From the UHGV virus genome UHGV-0125199: a stretch of 64,000 nt of DNA, one strand, 5' to 3'. Both the position numbers and the translations under genes were made by a program. A model generated the notes under the pieces. It saw nothing but the letters and a program-made list of their open reading frames with translations. It did not search any database and had not been told where the DNA came from. How positions within the stretch are numbered: the first letter of the stretch is position 1; every line of letters begins with the position of its first letter. This document shows, one piece after another, positions 1-8,508 of the stretch. This DNA is from a virus.

Positions 1-1
1 A

Positions 2-265
2 GTCCATGGAGACAAAGATGACCCTAAAACGGTTGTGCAGAAACTATCGCTTATGACACAAATACGTCCAAATATTTTATATATGGGTCATCGTCATGTA
101 AATGCGATGTCTACTGTTTATAATGTGAAAATTTTACAATCAGGTTGTATTTCTGGAACAGATAACTATTGCTTGGATAACCGATTGCAAAATAAACCAG
201 AACAATTAATTTCAGTTATTAATAATGATGGATTAGATTGTGTGTACGATGTTAGGTTTCACTAG
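2..265 (+). CDS. partial CDS (5' end cut by window edge): C-terminal part of a calcineurin-like metallophosphoesterase
   Basis: Frame open from the window start to TAG at 263-265. MGHRHV resembles the GHxH motif of metallophosphatases. No start codon in the window. Confidence 0.35.
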   Translation, partial: VHGDKDDPKTVVQKLSLMTQIRPNILYMGHRHVNAMSTVYNVKILQSGCISGTDNYCLDNRLQNKPEQLISVINNDGLDCVYDVRFH

Positions 266-276
266 AGGAGATTGTT

Positions 277-420
277 ATGGAATATAAAGACGGATTACCA
301 GTATTAAACTTTGAAGAACTGGTTTCTTATATCATGGAGGAAAGTCAATATCCCAAAACAGATATTGAGAGAATTCTGGATTTAGAAACAGAATATATGG
401 AAAAAATTGGAATTATTTAG
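277..420 (+). CDS. small hypothetical protein (47 aa)
   Basis: ATG preceded by an AGAGGAGA SD at good spacing. Below the ORF-track size cutoff. No recognisable motif. Confidence 0.25.
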   Translation: MEYKDGLPVLNFEELVSYIMEESQYPKTDIERILDLETEYMEKIGII

Positions 421-748
421 AAAGAAGGATATCGGCTATCTGAAGTGTAGAAAGAACTTTTAACGAGAGAGTTCAATCCGCGGCTCAGGATAAGCAGATT
501 TACAGATTACCTATGTGGCAATCTACGCCAGTGCTCACGTACATGTTCCCACTTATTAAAGCGGAATCTGTCGTATGCACTAACATGTACAGGAGTTTCT
601 ATAGAATAAAAACTTGCCATACGTATCACCTGCCTTCCAAAATAAACTGCATCATCTTGGAGAACCGATATCCTAGAATGTGGAGAAATCCACGAAATAA
701 ATTATAAAAATTTACAAATTAGTTGATAGAAAAGGAGACATTTTAAAA

Positions 749-1027
749 ATGACAAGATCAGATTTAATTAAAACAATTGCAGAAAAAGTAGACGGAGTAA
801 CACAGGAAAAAGCAAAAGAGATTGTTGCTGTAACTCTTGATTCAATTGCAGATGCGCTTACCGCTGGAGATAAAGTACAGTTCGTCGGATTTGGAAGTTT
901 TGAAGTAAGAGAAAGAGCTGGAAGAACTGGACGAAATCCACAGGATGGAAGCGAAATTTATATTGAGCCATCTAAAAATGTAAAATTCAAAGCAGGAAAA
1001 GAATTAAAAGATAAAGTAAACGCTTAA
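749..1027 (+). CDS. hup: HU/IHF-family histone-like DNA-binding protein
   Basis: 92 aa. MTRSDLI...FGSFEVRERAGRTGRNPQDGSEI..PS.NVKFKAGKELK is the canonical HU beta-arm signature. AAAGGAGA SD. Confidence 0.9.
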   Translation: MTRSDLIKTIAEKVDGVTQEKAKEIVAVTLDSIADALTAGDKVQFVGFGSFEVRERAGRTGRNPQDGSEIYIEPSKNVKFKAGKELKDKVNA

Positions 1028-1045
1028 GATTGGCGGTGTGTCTAT

Positions 1046-1669
1046 TTGAAAAAAGAAATGATTAAGAAAACATATGATAATATCTATGAATTATGTGAAG
1101 ATGTTGTGGATACATATGACGTACTAGAATCAAATTATGACAATAATATTGTTTCTATTATTGCTAAATACGATGAGGCAAGTCTCATTGTTTCGGAATT
1201 ATGTACAATGGACTTCTCCATTTTTTCATGCGAATTACACGATCCGGAGTTTGCTGGATATACTGATGAATATTTGATTGAGATTATTGAAGATAAAATC
1301 TTTTGTGAGCCAGCAAAACGTAACGGTGATTACATTGGTTCTGGCAGTTCTATTGTATATGTATTAGACGACTGCAATTCGAAAGTCATCTCTAAATTTG
1401 AAGCAGACTATGCATATGAAGTACATTTGTATGATGAGAATGATGAAGATAATATGGAATATGATTGTGATGGATGTATCTTCTGTGATGAGTGCGACGA
1501 GTATGATGAGTATGGTTTTTTGTTGGATGATTGTGTAGATAACAAAGACATGCATGGATTTTCTGCCAGCAAGAGTGATGATTATGGTTATCACTCCGTA
1601 TCATTTTATTCAACAGAGCGAGTTAATCATGATGATATGATGGATTTACTTCGTATTTTTGGATTATAA
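1046..1669 (+). CDS. highly acidic, Cys-rich hypothetical protein (possible DNA mimic / anti-restriction-like)
   Basis: 207 aa, very D/E-rich with CDGCIFCDECDEYDEY clusters. No known motif recognised. TTG at 1046 or ATG at 1058. Confidence 0.5.
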   Translation: MKKEMIKKTYDNIYELCEDVVDTYDVLESNYDNNIVSIIAKYDEASLIVSELCTMDFSIFSCELHDPEFAGYTDEYLIEIIEDKIFCEPAKRNGDYIGSGSSIVYVLDDCNSKVISKFEADYAYEVHLYDENDEDNMEYDCDGCIFCDECDEYDEYGFLLDDCVDNKDMHGFSASKSDDYGYHSVSFYSTERVNHDDMMDLLRIFGL

Positions 1670-1940
1670 ATTTTCTGTTATATATGTACATTTCAAAGAT
1701 CCGTAGGTGTCAAAACTTACGGGTCTATTTTTGTGTTCTCAGTTAGGAGAATAAGAATTAGAAACATCAGCGAAAGGAATGTGTCGGGTAAGCTCCGACC
1801 GCGCTGCATGTTCCAATGCAACATTGGATTTTCAGGAGAGATACGGTGGATTAGCTACCTACCGGATAAGTGTAACCTCATTCGCACTTCTCTCCTATTT
1901 CTATGGAGTGAGGAGAAATAAAATATTTGAATAAAAGGAA

Positions 1941-2975
1941 GTGAGATTATTGAGTGAAGAAATTGCAAAGCGTTCAGAGGACATAACTGATGAGATTTGG
2001 AATCAGGTTAATGAATTCAATAGAGAAATGGTTCAGGATTATCTTGATAATCAAACTGACCTTTCACTAAAGACTCGTCCGGCGTATCGCTCTGGATTAA
2101 GAGTCTTTTTTGTATATGTAAAAGATCACTTGAACAATAAAGATTTTACACAAATAAAGAAAAAAGAATTTCAAAAATATCTTAATTGGTTGACTAATAG
2201 AGGTTTATCTGATTCAGCAATTAAATTTAAAAAATCATGTGTAAGTGCATTTTGTAATTATATAATGTTAATGTATGAAGAAGAATATCCTACATTCAGA
2301 AATTTTACTGTTGGATTAAAAGTAGTACAAACAGGATATGTTCATGAGAAAAACCCGCTGACACCGGAAGAATATTTAATGCTATGTAAAGAATTAGAAA
2401 AACGTGAAGAATGGCAAAAATTAGCATATTTAGTTTTTTCTTATAGCACAGGATGTAGACGAGCTGAGGCACGTCAACTTTTGAAAGAAGTTGTTGAGTA
2501 TAAACCAAAAGAGAAAGAAACAAAAATTAAAGGTGAAGATGGTGTAGAGCATGTTGCAATTTCTCGCCAATACTTAACACATACAATTAGATGTAAAGGC
2601 GCATCGTTGGTTGGAAAACAACGTAAACTAAAATTCGGAGAAGATGCTATGTATTGGTTAAAAAAATGGATTGAAGCGCGAGGAGAAGATGAATGTCCTT
2701 ATATGTTTGTTGTAAAACAAAGAAATGGAGAAACTCGTCAAGTTGGCGAGAATACGTTTAATGATTGGTGTAGTGGACTATTTACAGAAATAGTAGGTAG
2801 ACGCGTACATCCGCACCTGTTTCGAGAAAGTCGCGCAACTAATCTAGTAGTTTACGAAAATAAATCTCCAGAAGTTGCTCAAAAACTTTTAGGACATAAC
2901 GATGTTAGTACAACTACAAATCATTACATAATCAGAAATGATGATTTTGACGAGTCTGATGAAGCATTCATCTAA
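1941..2975 (+). CDS. tyrosine site-specific recombinase (phage integrase / XerC/D-like)
   Basis: 344 aa. N-terminal SAM-like domain, catalytic R...HPHLFRESRAT (HxxR) and a C-terminal ...TNHYI Tyr. GTG at 1941 or TTG at 1950. Confidence 0.85.
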   Translation: MRLLSEEIAKRSEDITDEIWNQVNEFNREMVQDYLDNQTDLSLKTRPAYRSGLRVFFVYVKDHLNNKDFTQIKKKEFQKYLNWLTNRGLSDSAIKFKKSCVSAFCNYIMLMYEEEYPTFRNFTVGLKVVQTGYVHEKNPLTPEEYLMLCKELEKREEWQKLAYLVFSYSTGCRRAEARQLLKEVVEYKPKEKETKIKGEDGVEHVAISRQYLTHTIRCKGASLVGKQRKLKFGEDAMYWLKKWIEARGEDECPYMFVVKQRNGETRQVGENTFNDWCSGLFTEIVGRRVHPHLFRESRATNLVVYENKSPEVAQKLLGHNDVSTTTNHYIIRNDDFDESDEAFI

Positions 2976-3066
2976 CCATCTTTAATTTCCCATAATTTAC
3001 CAGATCAATACTCTTCTATTCTGTGTTATACTGTTTCCGAGAATCATAGCACCGGAGGTTTATAGA

Positions 3067-3417
3067 ATGGAAAGACTGGTAAAAACAGGATACGTCAAAA
3101 TGATTGCAATTGATGTTCATGATTTGGAGTCAAAAATCTTAGATGAACGGAATACAAATTTTCTGTGTGATATAGAAAATTTTCAGAATAAGTATTCTAA
3201 TATATCTACAGTAAAATGTGTGTACATACATATGGACGATAATTATGATATCACTTTCTTAGATTATAAGAAAGTCCATCCACATATACATCCATTTGAT
3301 TATATGAGAGACATCGTCAAAAAGCATGATGGAAAGTTAATCAAGGGAAGTGATTATTTGCGGATCACACACGAAGATGATTATGTAGAATTAATCGAAA
3401 TAGATTTGAGAGATTAA
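3067..3417 (+). CDS. hypothetical protein (116 aa)
   Basis: Clean ORF followed by a terminator hairpin. No motif recognised. Confidence 0.5.
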   Translation: MERLVKTGYVKMIAIDVHDLESKILDERNTNFLCDIENFQNKYSNISTVKCVYIHMDDNYDITFLDYKKVHPHIHPFDYMRDIVKKHDGKLIKGSDYLRITHEDDYVELIEIDLRD

Positions 3418-3418
3418 T

Positions 3419-3450
3419 GGAGAGCTGTGCTGCTCTCCTATTTTTGTATT
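3419..3450 (+). terminator. rho-independent terminator
   Basis: GGAGAGC-tgtgct-GCTCTCC hairpin followed by TATTTTTGTATTT. Confidence 0.6.
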
Positions 3451-3451
3451 T

Positions 3452-3523
3452 GGCTCCATGGTCAAGAGGCTAAGACATCGCCCCTTCACGGAGGTAACAC
3501 TGGTTCAATTCCAGTTGGAGTCA
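3452..3523 (+). tRNA. tRNA-Glu(UUC)-like gene with an atypical anticodon arm (possibly a pseudo-tRNA)
   Basis: 72-nt cloverleaf that aligns position by position with Firmicutes tRNA-Glu. Acceptor GGCTCCA/TGGAGTC, 3-bp D-stem GTC/GAC, T-arm ACTGG-TTCAATT-CCAGT, discriminator A. The anticodon loop is CCTTCAC (C33 instead of the near-universal U33) and the anticodon stem has a G-A mismatch. Confidence 0.6.
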
Positions 3524-3600
3524 TTATTATATTCCGGCTTTCAAAAGAAATGCCGGTTTCATATCGGCAGAAAATAGAAAAAAGAAAGCGAGGGAAAATA

Positions 3601-4518
3601 ATGGTAACATTACAGAAAATTGGTGGTGACATGAATCGTAATGTATTAGAGATTACTGGATTATCTACAGACGAAAAACCTGTTGAATTTATCGAAACAA
3701 CATACATTACCAATGGAAGCACATATGAAGAAATTGATACTGGTACAGTGTATAAATATAACGAATCTGGCAAGAAATGGATAGAGCAACCTGCAATTGG
3801 TGGTTCAGGCGGAAATATTTCTCTTGATTATACTGCATTAACAAATAAGCCACAAATTTCCGGAATTGAATTAACTGGAAATAAAACCTTGGATGATCTT
3901 GGTATTCAGAAAAAAGGTACTTATATTACAAAAGAAACTGATCCAACTGTACCGGCATGGGCGAAAACTGAAGCAAAACCGACATATACCGCAGACGAAG
4001 TTGGAGCCTTACCAAAAACTACGACTACACTTCCAAATCCTAAAAAGATTAAATTTACAGGTGCAGTAACAGATGAGTATGACGGTTCTGTCGAAAAAAC
4101 AATTAACATTCCGACAGGAAGTTCTTATACTCTTCCACAGGCAACTGATCAGGTTCTTGGTGGTGTGAAAGCAAAAGCAAAGACAAACGAAACCGTAGAA
4201 GTTGCAATTGATACTACAACAGGCAAATTATTCGTCCCGGCTTATCCAACTGGTGCAGGAGCTGAACTTGACAAAACACTTGCTGTGGAAGGAAAAGCTG
4301 CGGATGCAAAAGCTGTTGGAGATGCATTGAAAACTAAGATTGGATCCGATGCTCTTGCACCATATATGAAGACAGTTGATGCAGATAAAAAGTATGCATT
4401 AAAAACTGAATTACCACAAAAGGGAGTTGCTGTCGCAGACGCTGGAGATGCAGATGTCAAAGATAAATTAAATGCTTTGTTGGCAAGTCTCAGAACTGCT
4501 GGGATTATTGCTCAGTAA
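3601..4518 (+). CDS. phage fibre-repeat protein (tail/head fibre-like)
   Basis: The ORF-track start at 3427 overlaps the terminator and tRNA, so the start is moved to ATG 3601 (GAGGG SD). Contains TYTLPQATDQVLGGVKAKAK (phage tail-fibre-repeat-like) and a C-terminal ...NALLASLRTAGIIAQ motif shared with the ORF at 17808. Confidence 0.55.
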   Translation: MVTLQKIGGDMNRNVLEITGLSTDEKPVEFIETTYITNGSTYEEIDTGTVYKYNESGKKWIEQPAIGGSGGNISLDYTALTNKPQISGIELTGNKTLDDLGIQKKGTYITKETDPTVPAWAKTEAKPTYTADEVGALPKTTTTLPNPKKIKFTGAVTDEYDGSVEKTINIPTGSSYTLPQATDQVLGGVKAKAKTNETVEVAIDTTTGKLFVPAYPTGAGAELDKTLAVEGKAADAKAVGDALKTKIGSDALAPYMKTVDADKKYALKTELPQKGVAVADAGDADVKDKLNALLASLRTAGIIAQ

Positions 4519-4531
4519 ATATGTATAAAAC

Positions 4532-4558
4532 AGGACGGTGCTACTGCCGTCCTATTAT
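4532..4558 (+). terminator. rho-independent terminator-like hairpin
   Basis: AGGACGG-tgctactg-CCGTCCT, 14 nt after the stop at 4518. Weak U-tract (ATTATGC). Confidence 0.5.
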
Positions 4559-4628
4559 GCTTGGATAGTTTAATGGAAAACGATTGACTTGTAATCAATT
4601 GTTCCCAGTTCAAATCTGGGTCTGAGCT
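4559..4628 (+). tRNA. tRNA-Thr (anticodon UGU)
   Basis: Acceptor GCTTGGA/TCTGAGC (two G-U pairs), D-arm GTTT..AAAC, anticodon arm ATTGA-CTTGTAA-TCAAT, T-arm CCCAG-TTCAAAT-CTGGG. No encoded CCA. Confidence 0.8.
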
Positions 4629-4669
4629 TTTATTGATATATAAATTAGTTGAGAAAGAAGGGATAAATT

Positions 4670-5710
4670 TTGTCAGAAGAAAAATCAACAAGAAGTCTAA
4701 CGATAACAACACCAAAAGACACGACCTCTGTTAAAAAAATACGATATTCCAAAACAGATGAACCAGATTTTTATAAATGTACAGTTTGTGGGACACCGTA
4801 TAAAAACTTAGATGGCAATTTTCCTGCATCTCAAAGCGAATTATACTCTGGATGGGATTATCATATTTCAACATGTAGAAAATGTCTTGACAGATTGTTT
4901 GAACATTATACCGAAGCTTATGGTGGAGATGAAGATATGGCAATACGTATAATTTGTCAAAAATATGATATTTATTACGATGTAAGCCTATTAAACGCAA
5001 GTAGAAAAATTACAAAAACAAGATCTCGAATCCATAATTACATTTCGAAATCTAACTTACGACAGTATGCGGGAAAAACTTTTGATACAACATTAGATGA
5101 AGAAAGAAAGGGCAATGTAATTGAAAACATTGATGATTTAAAAGAAAATAAATCAAAAATAAGAATAAAGACTGTAAAATTTTGGGGAACAGGTTTTACA
5201 GATGATGACTATGATTATTTGCAAGAGCAATATGACGATTGGACAAGTCGTCATGAGTGTAAAACTAAAACACAAGAAGAAGTATTTAAAAGAATTTGTT
5301 TCAAACAGCTAGAGATACTAAAAACCACTCGTGCAGGAAAAGATACAAAAGAACTTGATAAAACATTTCAAAATTATCTTGATACAGCTAATCTAAAACC
5401 ATGTCAGAACACGAATGCATTATCAGATGCACAAACTCTTGGAACGTTAATCCAAAAATGGGAAAATGAAAAACCTCTTCCGGATATTGATCCAGAATTA
5501 GAAGACGTAGATAAAATTGGATTATATATCGATGTATTTTTCAAAGGTCATTTAGCAAAAATGATGGGATTAAAAAATGGATTATCTAATTTGTATAATA
5601 AATTTATGAAAAAATATACCGTTGAAAAACCAGAATATAAAGATGACGAAAATAATGAAGCACTTTTTGATGCTATTTTCGGAAATGATGAGAAATTTGA
5701 GGATTTTTAA
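4670..5710 (+). CDS. hypothetical zinc-finger protein (CxxC...CxxC); possible small terminase or packaging accessory protein
   Basis: 346 aa, TTG start after a GAAGGG SD. Immediately upstream of the terminase large subunit. Zinc-ribbon motif CTVCGTP...CRKC. Confidence 0.45.
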   Translation: MSEEKSTRSLTITTPKDTTSVKKIRYSKTDEPDFYKCTVCGTPYKNLDGNFPASQSELYSGWDYHISTCRKCLDRLFEHYTEAYGGDEDMAIRIICQKYDIYYDVSLLNASRKITKTRSRIHNYISKSNLRQYAGKTFDTTLDEERKGNVIENIDDLKENKSKIRIKTVKFWGTGFTDDDYDYLQEQYDDWTSRHECKTKTQEEVFKRICFKQLEILKTTRAGKDTKELDKTFQNYLDTANLKPCQNTNALSDAQTLGTLIQKWENEKPLPDIDPELEDVDKIGLYIDVFFKGHLAKMMGLKNGLSNLYNKFMKKYTVEKPEYKDDENNEALFDAIFGNDEKFEDF

Positions 5711-5929
5711 ATGGCTACATTGAGAAAAATGACAGAACAAGAAGTTGCAAATGAGAAAGCAGAAAGGTTAATGAACGGTATTGCTTATTGGGCAGCTTTT
5801 TACAGAAAAAACCCACAACGTTTTTGTAAAGATTATTTAAATATAACTCTCAAATTATTCCAAAAGATATTGCTATATGCAATGATGTGCAATAATTATT
5901 TTATGTATATTGCCTCTCGTGGACAGGGT
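5711..5929 (+). CDS. terL: terminase large subunit, exon 1
   Basis: N-terminal TerL-like sequence (...[13 protein letters not shown]...[12 protein letters not shown]...IASRGQG) ending in the first half of a Walker A motif. The frame runs into an in-intron stop at 5933. Confidence 0.7.
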
Positions 5930-6960
5930 TTGTAAAAATATCACGAGTGGAGGAAATAACAAATGAGTAAATATGTTTACAATAAAGATTATTTCGAAAA
6001 AATTAACACATCAGAAAAAGCATATTGGCTAGGTTTTTTATATGCAGATGGATGTATTACAAGATTTTATAAGGGAGAAGTATTAAAATCTATGTCTTTA
6101 GAAATTACTTTAAAAGACGCAGATTGTGAACATCTTATTAAATTTAAAAACGCTTTAGAAAGTAATATTCCTATTCAACATAGAATTATTACCGGGAAAT
6201 ATAAAGCAGATAGAATAGTTGTTAATTGCACAAAAATATGTAATGATTTAATCAAATTAGGTTGTACTCCGACTAAAAGTCTAACATTAGAATTTCCTAT
6301 AAAAGATATAATACCTCAAGATTTTATAAGAGACTTTATTAGAGGTTATTTTGATGGAGATGGTGGTGTATCTTATACTGAAGGTAAATATTATAATAAT
6401 GCTAGAAAAAAATATTACAAACAGCATCACTATCGATGCTATTTTTGTGGAAACATACAATTTTTAACTGAATTAAAAAAAATATTGAATTCTAATGGAA
6501 TTAAAACATCTGATCTAAAAAAAGACAATAGAAGTAATGCAATTAATATTTATATATATGGAAGAGAAAATATAGAGAAATTTAAAAATTATATATATAC
6601 AGAGGGGTGTGTGAACTTATCAAGAAAATTTGATAAGTTCTTTTTTATTTCCCACAATAGCGATCTTCATATAAATAGATAACGCCATGTTTAGCCCTGT
6701 CTAAATTGGGGAAAATCGGTGAAGACTAAATTTATTTAAAATATAAAATAAATATGTTAATACCGAGATAACTTAATAGATTTCGTAAGGCTATTAAGCA
6801 TTGTAGAGAGTAGAGATTGAATAAATATAATATCTCCAAGAGTCCCCAACTACATTATTGTAGAAAATGTACTCCAAGCTGAGTTGGAAATGACCAACTG
6901 ATGAAAATGAAGGAAACTTCCAGAGCATAGGATAAAAAACCTATGGTTAATAACATACTG
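5930..6960 (+). mobile_element. group I self-splicing intron (1031 nt) inside terL, carrying a homing endonuclease gene
   Basis: 5' exon ends in U (5929). An internal guide sequence GCCCTG at 6694-6699 can pair with the exon end CAGGGT, giving a U-G pair at the splice site. P-like AAATTGGGGAAAATCGG, R-like GTGAAGACTAAA and S-like CAAGAGTCCCC elements are present. The terminal (omega) G is at 6960. Joining the exons reconstitutes the Walker A motif ASRGQG|KT. Confidence 0.7.
5963..6682 (+). CDS. LAGLIDADG-family homing endonuclease (two-motif)
   Basis: 239 aa. LGFLYADGC and RGYFDGDGGV match the two LAGLIDADG motifs. GGAGG SD. Sits in the P1 loop of the intron. Confidence 0.85.
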   Translation: MSKYVYNKDYFEKINTSEKAYWLGFLYADGCITRFYKGEVLKSMSLEITLKDADCEHLIKFKNALESNIPIQHRIITGKYKADRIVVNCTKICNDLIKLGCTPTKSLTLEFPIKDIIPQDFIRDFIRGYFDGDGGVSYTEGKYYNNARKKYYKQHHYRCYFCGNIQFLTELKKILNSNGIKTSDLKKDNRSNAINIYIYGRENIEKFKNYIYTEGCVNLSRKFDKFFFISHNSDLHINR

Positions 6961-8493
6961 AAAACATGGCTTACTGCTCTATTCTGCGTCGTTCGTTGCA
7001 TATTATTCCCAGGAAGCAAGATATGCATTGCTTCTTCAACAAGACCACAAGCGAATCAAGTCCTTTTGAAAATAACCGATGATTTTTGTAAAAACTATGG
7101 ATGGGGTTCAGATAATTTGAATAATGAAATAGGGTACAAATCAGTTGGTGCGAATAATGCGGTGATTGAATTTAAAAATGGGTCATGGATAAGAGTTGTA
7201 ACTGCATCTGACAGTGGACGAGGCGCACGTGCAAATATTCTAATTGTAGACGAATTTCGTATGGTTGATTTAAATGTTATTAATACTGTTCTTAGAAAAT
7301 TCTTAACAGCTCCGCGCACCCCAGGATATTTAAATATAAAAAAATATTCTCATCTAACTGAGCGTAATAAAGAAATATTTATGTCCAGCGCATGGTATAA
7401 ATCTCATTGGTCATTTGAAAAAGCGAAAGCATATGTCGTGAATTTTTTAGATAATAGTAAAAAATATTTTATTTGCGGACTACCGTATCAAATAGCAATC
7501 AAAGAAAATTTATTATCAAAAGAACAGGTTGAAGATGAATTTTCTGAGCAAGACTTTGATCAAACATCTTTTGATATGGAGATGGGATGTTTATGGTTTG
7601 GTGATACGGACGGTTCGTTTTTTACATTTGATGATTTATCTAAATGTAGAAAAATAAAAACACCGATGGAGACACATTTTTTCAAAAATAAAAAAATACC
7701 AGACTTAGCCCTTAATGAAAAAAGAATTATGTCTGTAGATATTGCATTAATGGGTTCTAGTAAATCAAAGAATAATGATGCAAGTTCAATTTTAATTAAT
7801 AGTGCTCTTCCAACAGAAAGCAATGAGTACATTTCAAATATTGTATTCTTAGAAAATCATGAAGGACTTACAACTGACGAATTAGGAATTATTGTCATGA
7901 GATTGTTCTATAGGTATAAATGTACAGATTTGGTAATCGATACAAATGGAGCCGGTTTAGGTGTATATGATTTTATTATAAAGAATCAGTTAGATCAAGA
8001 AACAGGTGATGTGTATAAAGCTCTTACTTGTTGTAATGATAAAGACATGGCAGAAAGATGTAAAGTCGAATCGGCAAATCCATGTATATGGTCGATAAAA
8101 GCCAATGCTGCTTTTAATAACGAGATGTGTGTTATGCTTCGTGCAGGAATACAAAATGGGAAGATCAATCTTCTTGTATCAGAATTTGAAGCAGAGGAAA
8201 TATTAAGAGACAAGATTAAGTCATATTCAAAGATGCAATCTTTTGAACAATTAAAATATAAAACACCATATATTCAAACAACATTGCTGATATATGAACT
8301 CATAAATTTACAGCATAAGATAGAAGGAACAAACATTAAAATAAAGGAAAAATCTGGTATGAGAAAAGATAGATATAGTTCTTTGGGATATAATTATCAC
8401 ATATTAAGAACATTAGAAAAAAATCTTAACACAGATTCTTATTCTTCAGATTTTTCAAATTTTACCCCATGTATTTCTTCTATATCATTTTAG
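6961..8493 (+). CDS. terL: terminase large subunit, exon 2
   Basis: Begins KTWLTALF (second half of the Walker A motif). ILIVDEFRMVD Walker B / DE motif. C-terminal nuclease-like region. Spliced product about 584 aa. The Met at 6943 called by the ORF track lies inside the intron. Confidence 0.75.
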   Translation, partial: KTWLTALFCVVRCILFPGSKICIASSTRPQANQVLLKITDDFCKNYGWGSDNLNNEIGYKSVGANNAVIEFKNGSWIRVVTASDSGRGARANILIVDEFRMVDLNVINTVLRKFLTAPRTPGYLNIKKYSHLTERNKEIFMSSAWYKSHWSFEKAKAYVVNFLDNSKKYFICGLPYQIAIKENLLSKEQVEDEFSEQDFDQTSFDMEMGCLWFGDTDGSFFTFDDLSKCRKIKTPMETHFFKNKKIPDLALNEKRIMSVDIALMGSSKSKNNDASSILINSALPTESNEYISNIVFLENHEGLTTDELGIIVMRLFYRYKCTDLVIDTNGAGLGVYDFIIKNQLDQETGDVYKALTCCNDKDMAERCKVESANPCIWSIKANAAFNNEMCVMLRAGIQNGKINLLVSEFEAEEILRDKIKSYSKMQSFEQLKYKTPYIQTTLLIYELINLQHKIEGTNIKIKEKSGMRKDRYSSLGYNYHILRTLEKNLNTDSYSSDFSNFTPCISSISF

Positions 8494-8508
8494 AAAGGAC
8501 GGTGAATA

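Noticed and set aside
513-707. 64-aa ORF 513..707
   Set aside because: No SD, odd composition, and it lies in the promoter/leader region of hup. Likely spurious.
3452-3523. tRNA-Glu-like sequence as a mere att-site tRNA fragment
   Set aside because: All four arms and both acceptor strands are present (72 nt), so it is a full gene copy and not a 3' fragment. An att role is still possible but is not shown.
3427-3600. ORF-track start of the 363-aa ORF at 3427
   Set aside because: The N-terminal 58 codons overlap the terminator hairpin and the whole tRNA-Glu-like gene. ATG 3601 has a proper SD, so the start was moved.
6943-6960. Met 6943 as an independent start of a second terminase gene
   Set aside because: Upstream ORF 5711 encodes the TerL N-terminus up to half a Walker A motif. 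The frame from 6961 supplies the other half, so a splice junction explains both.
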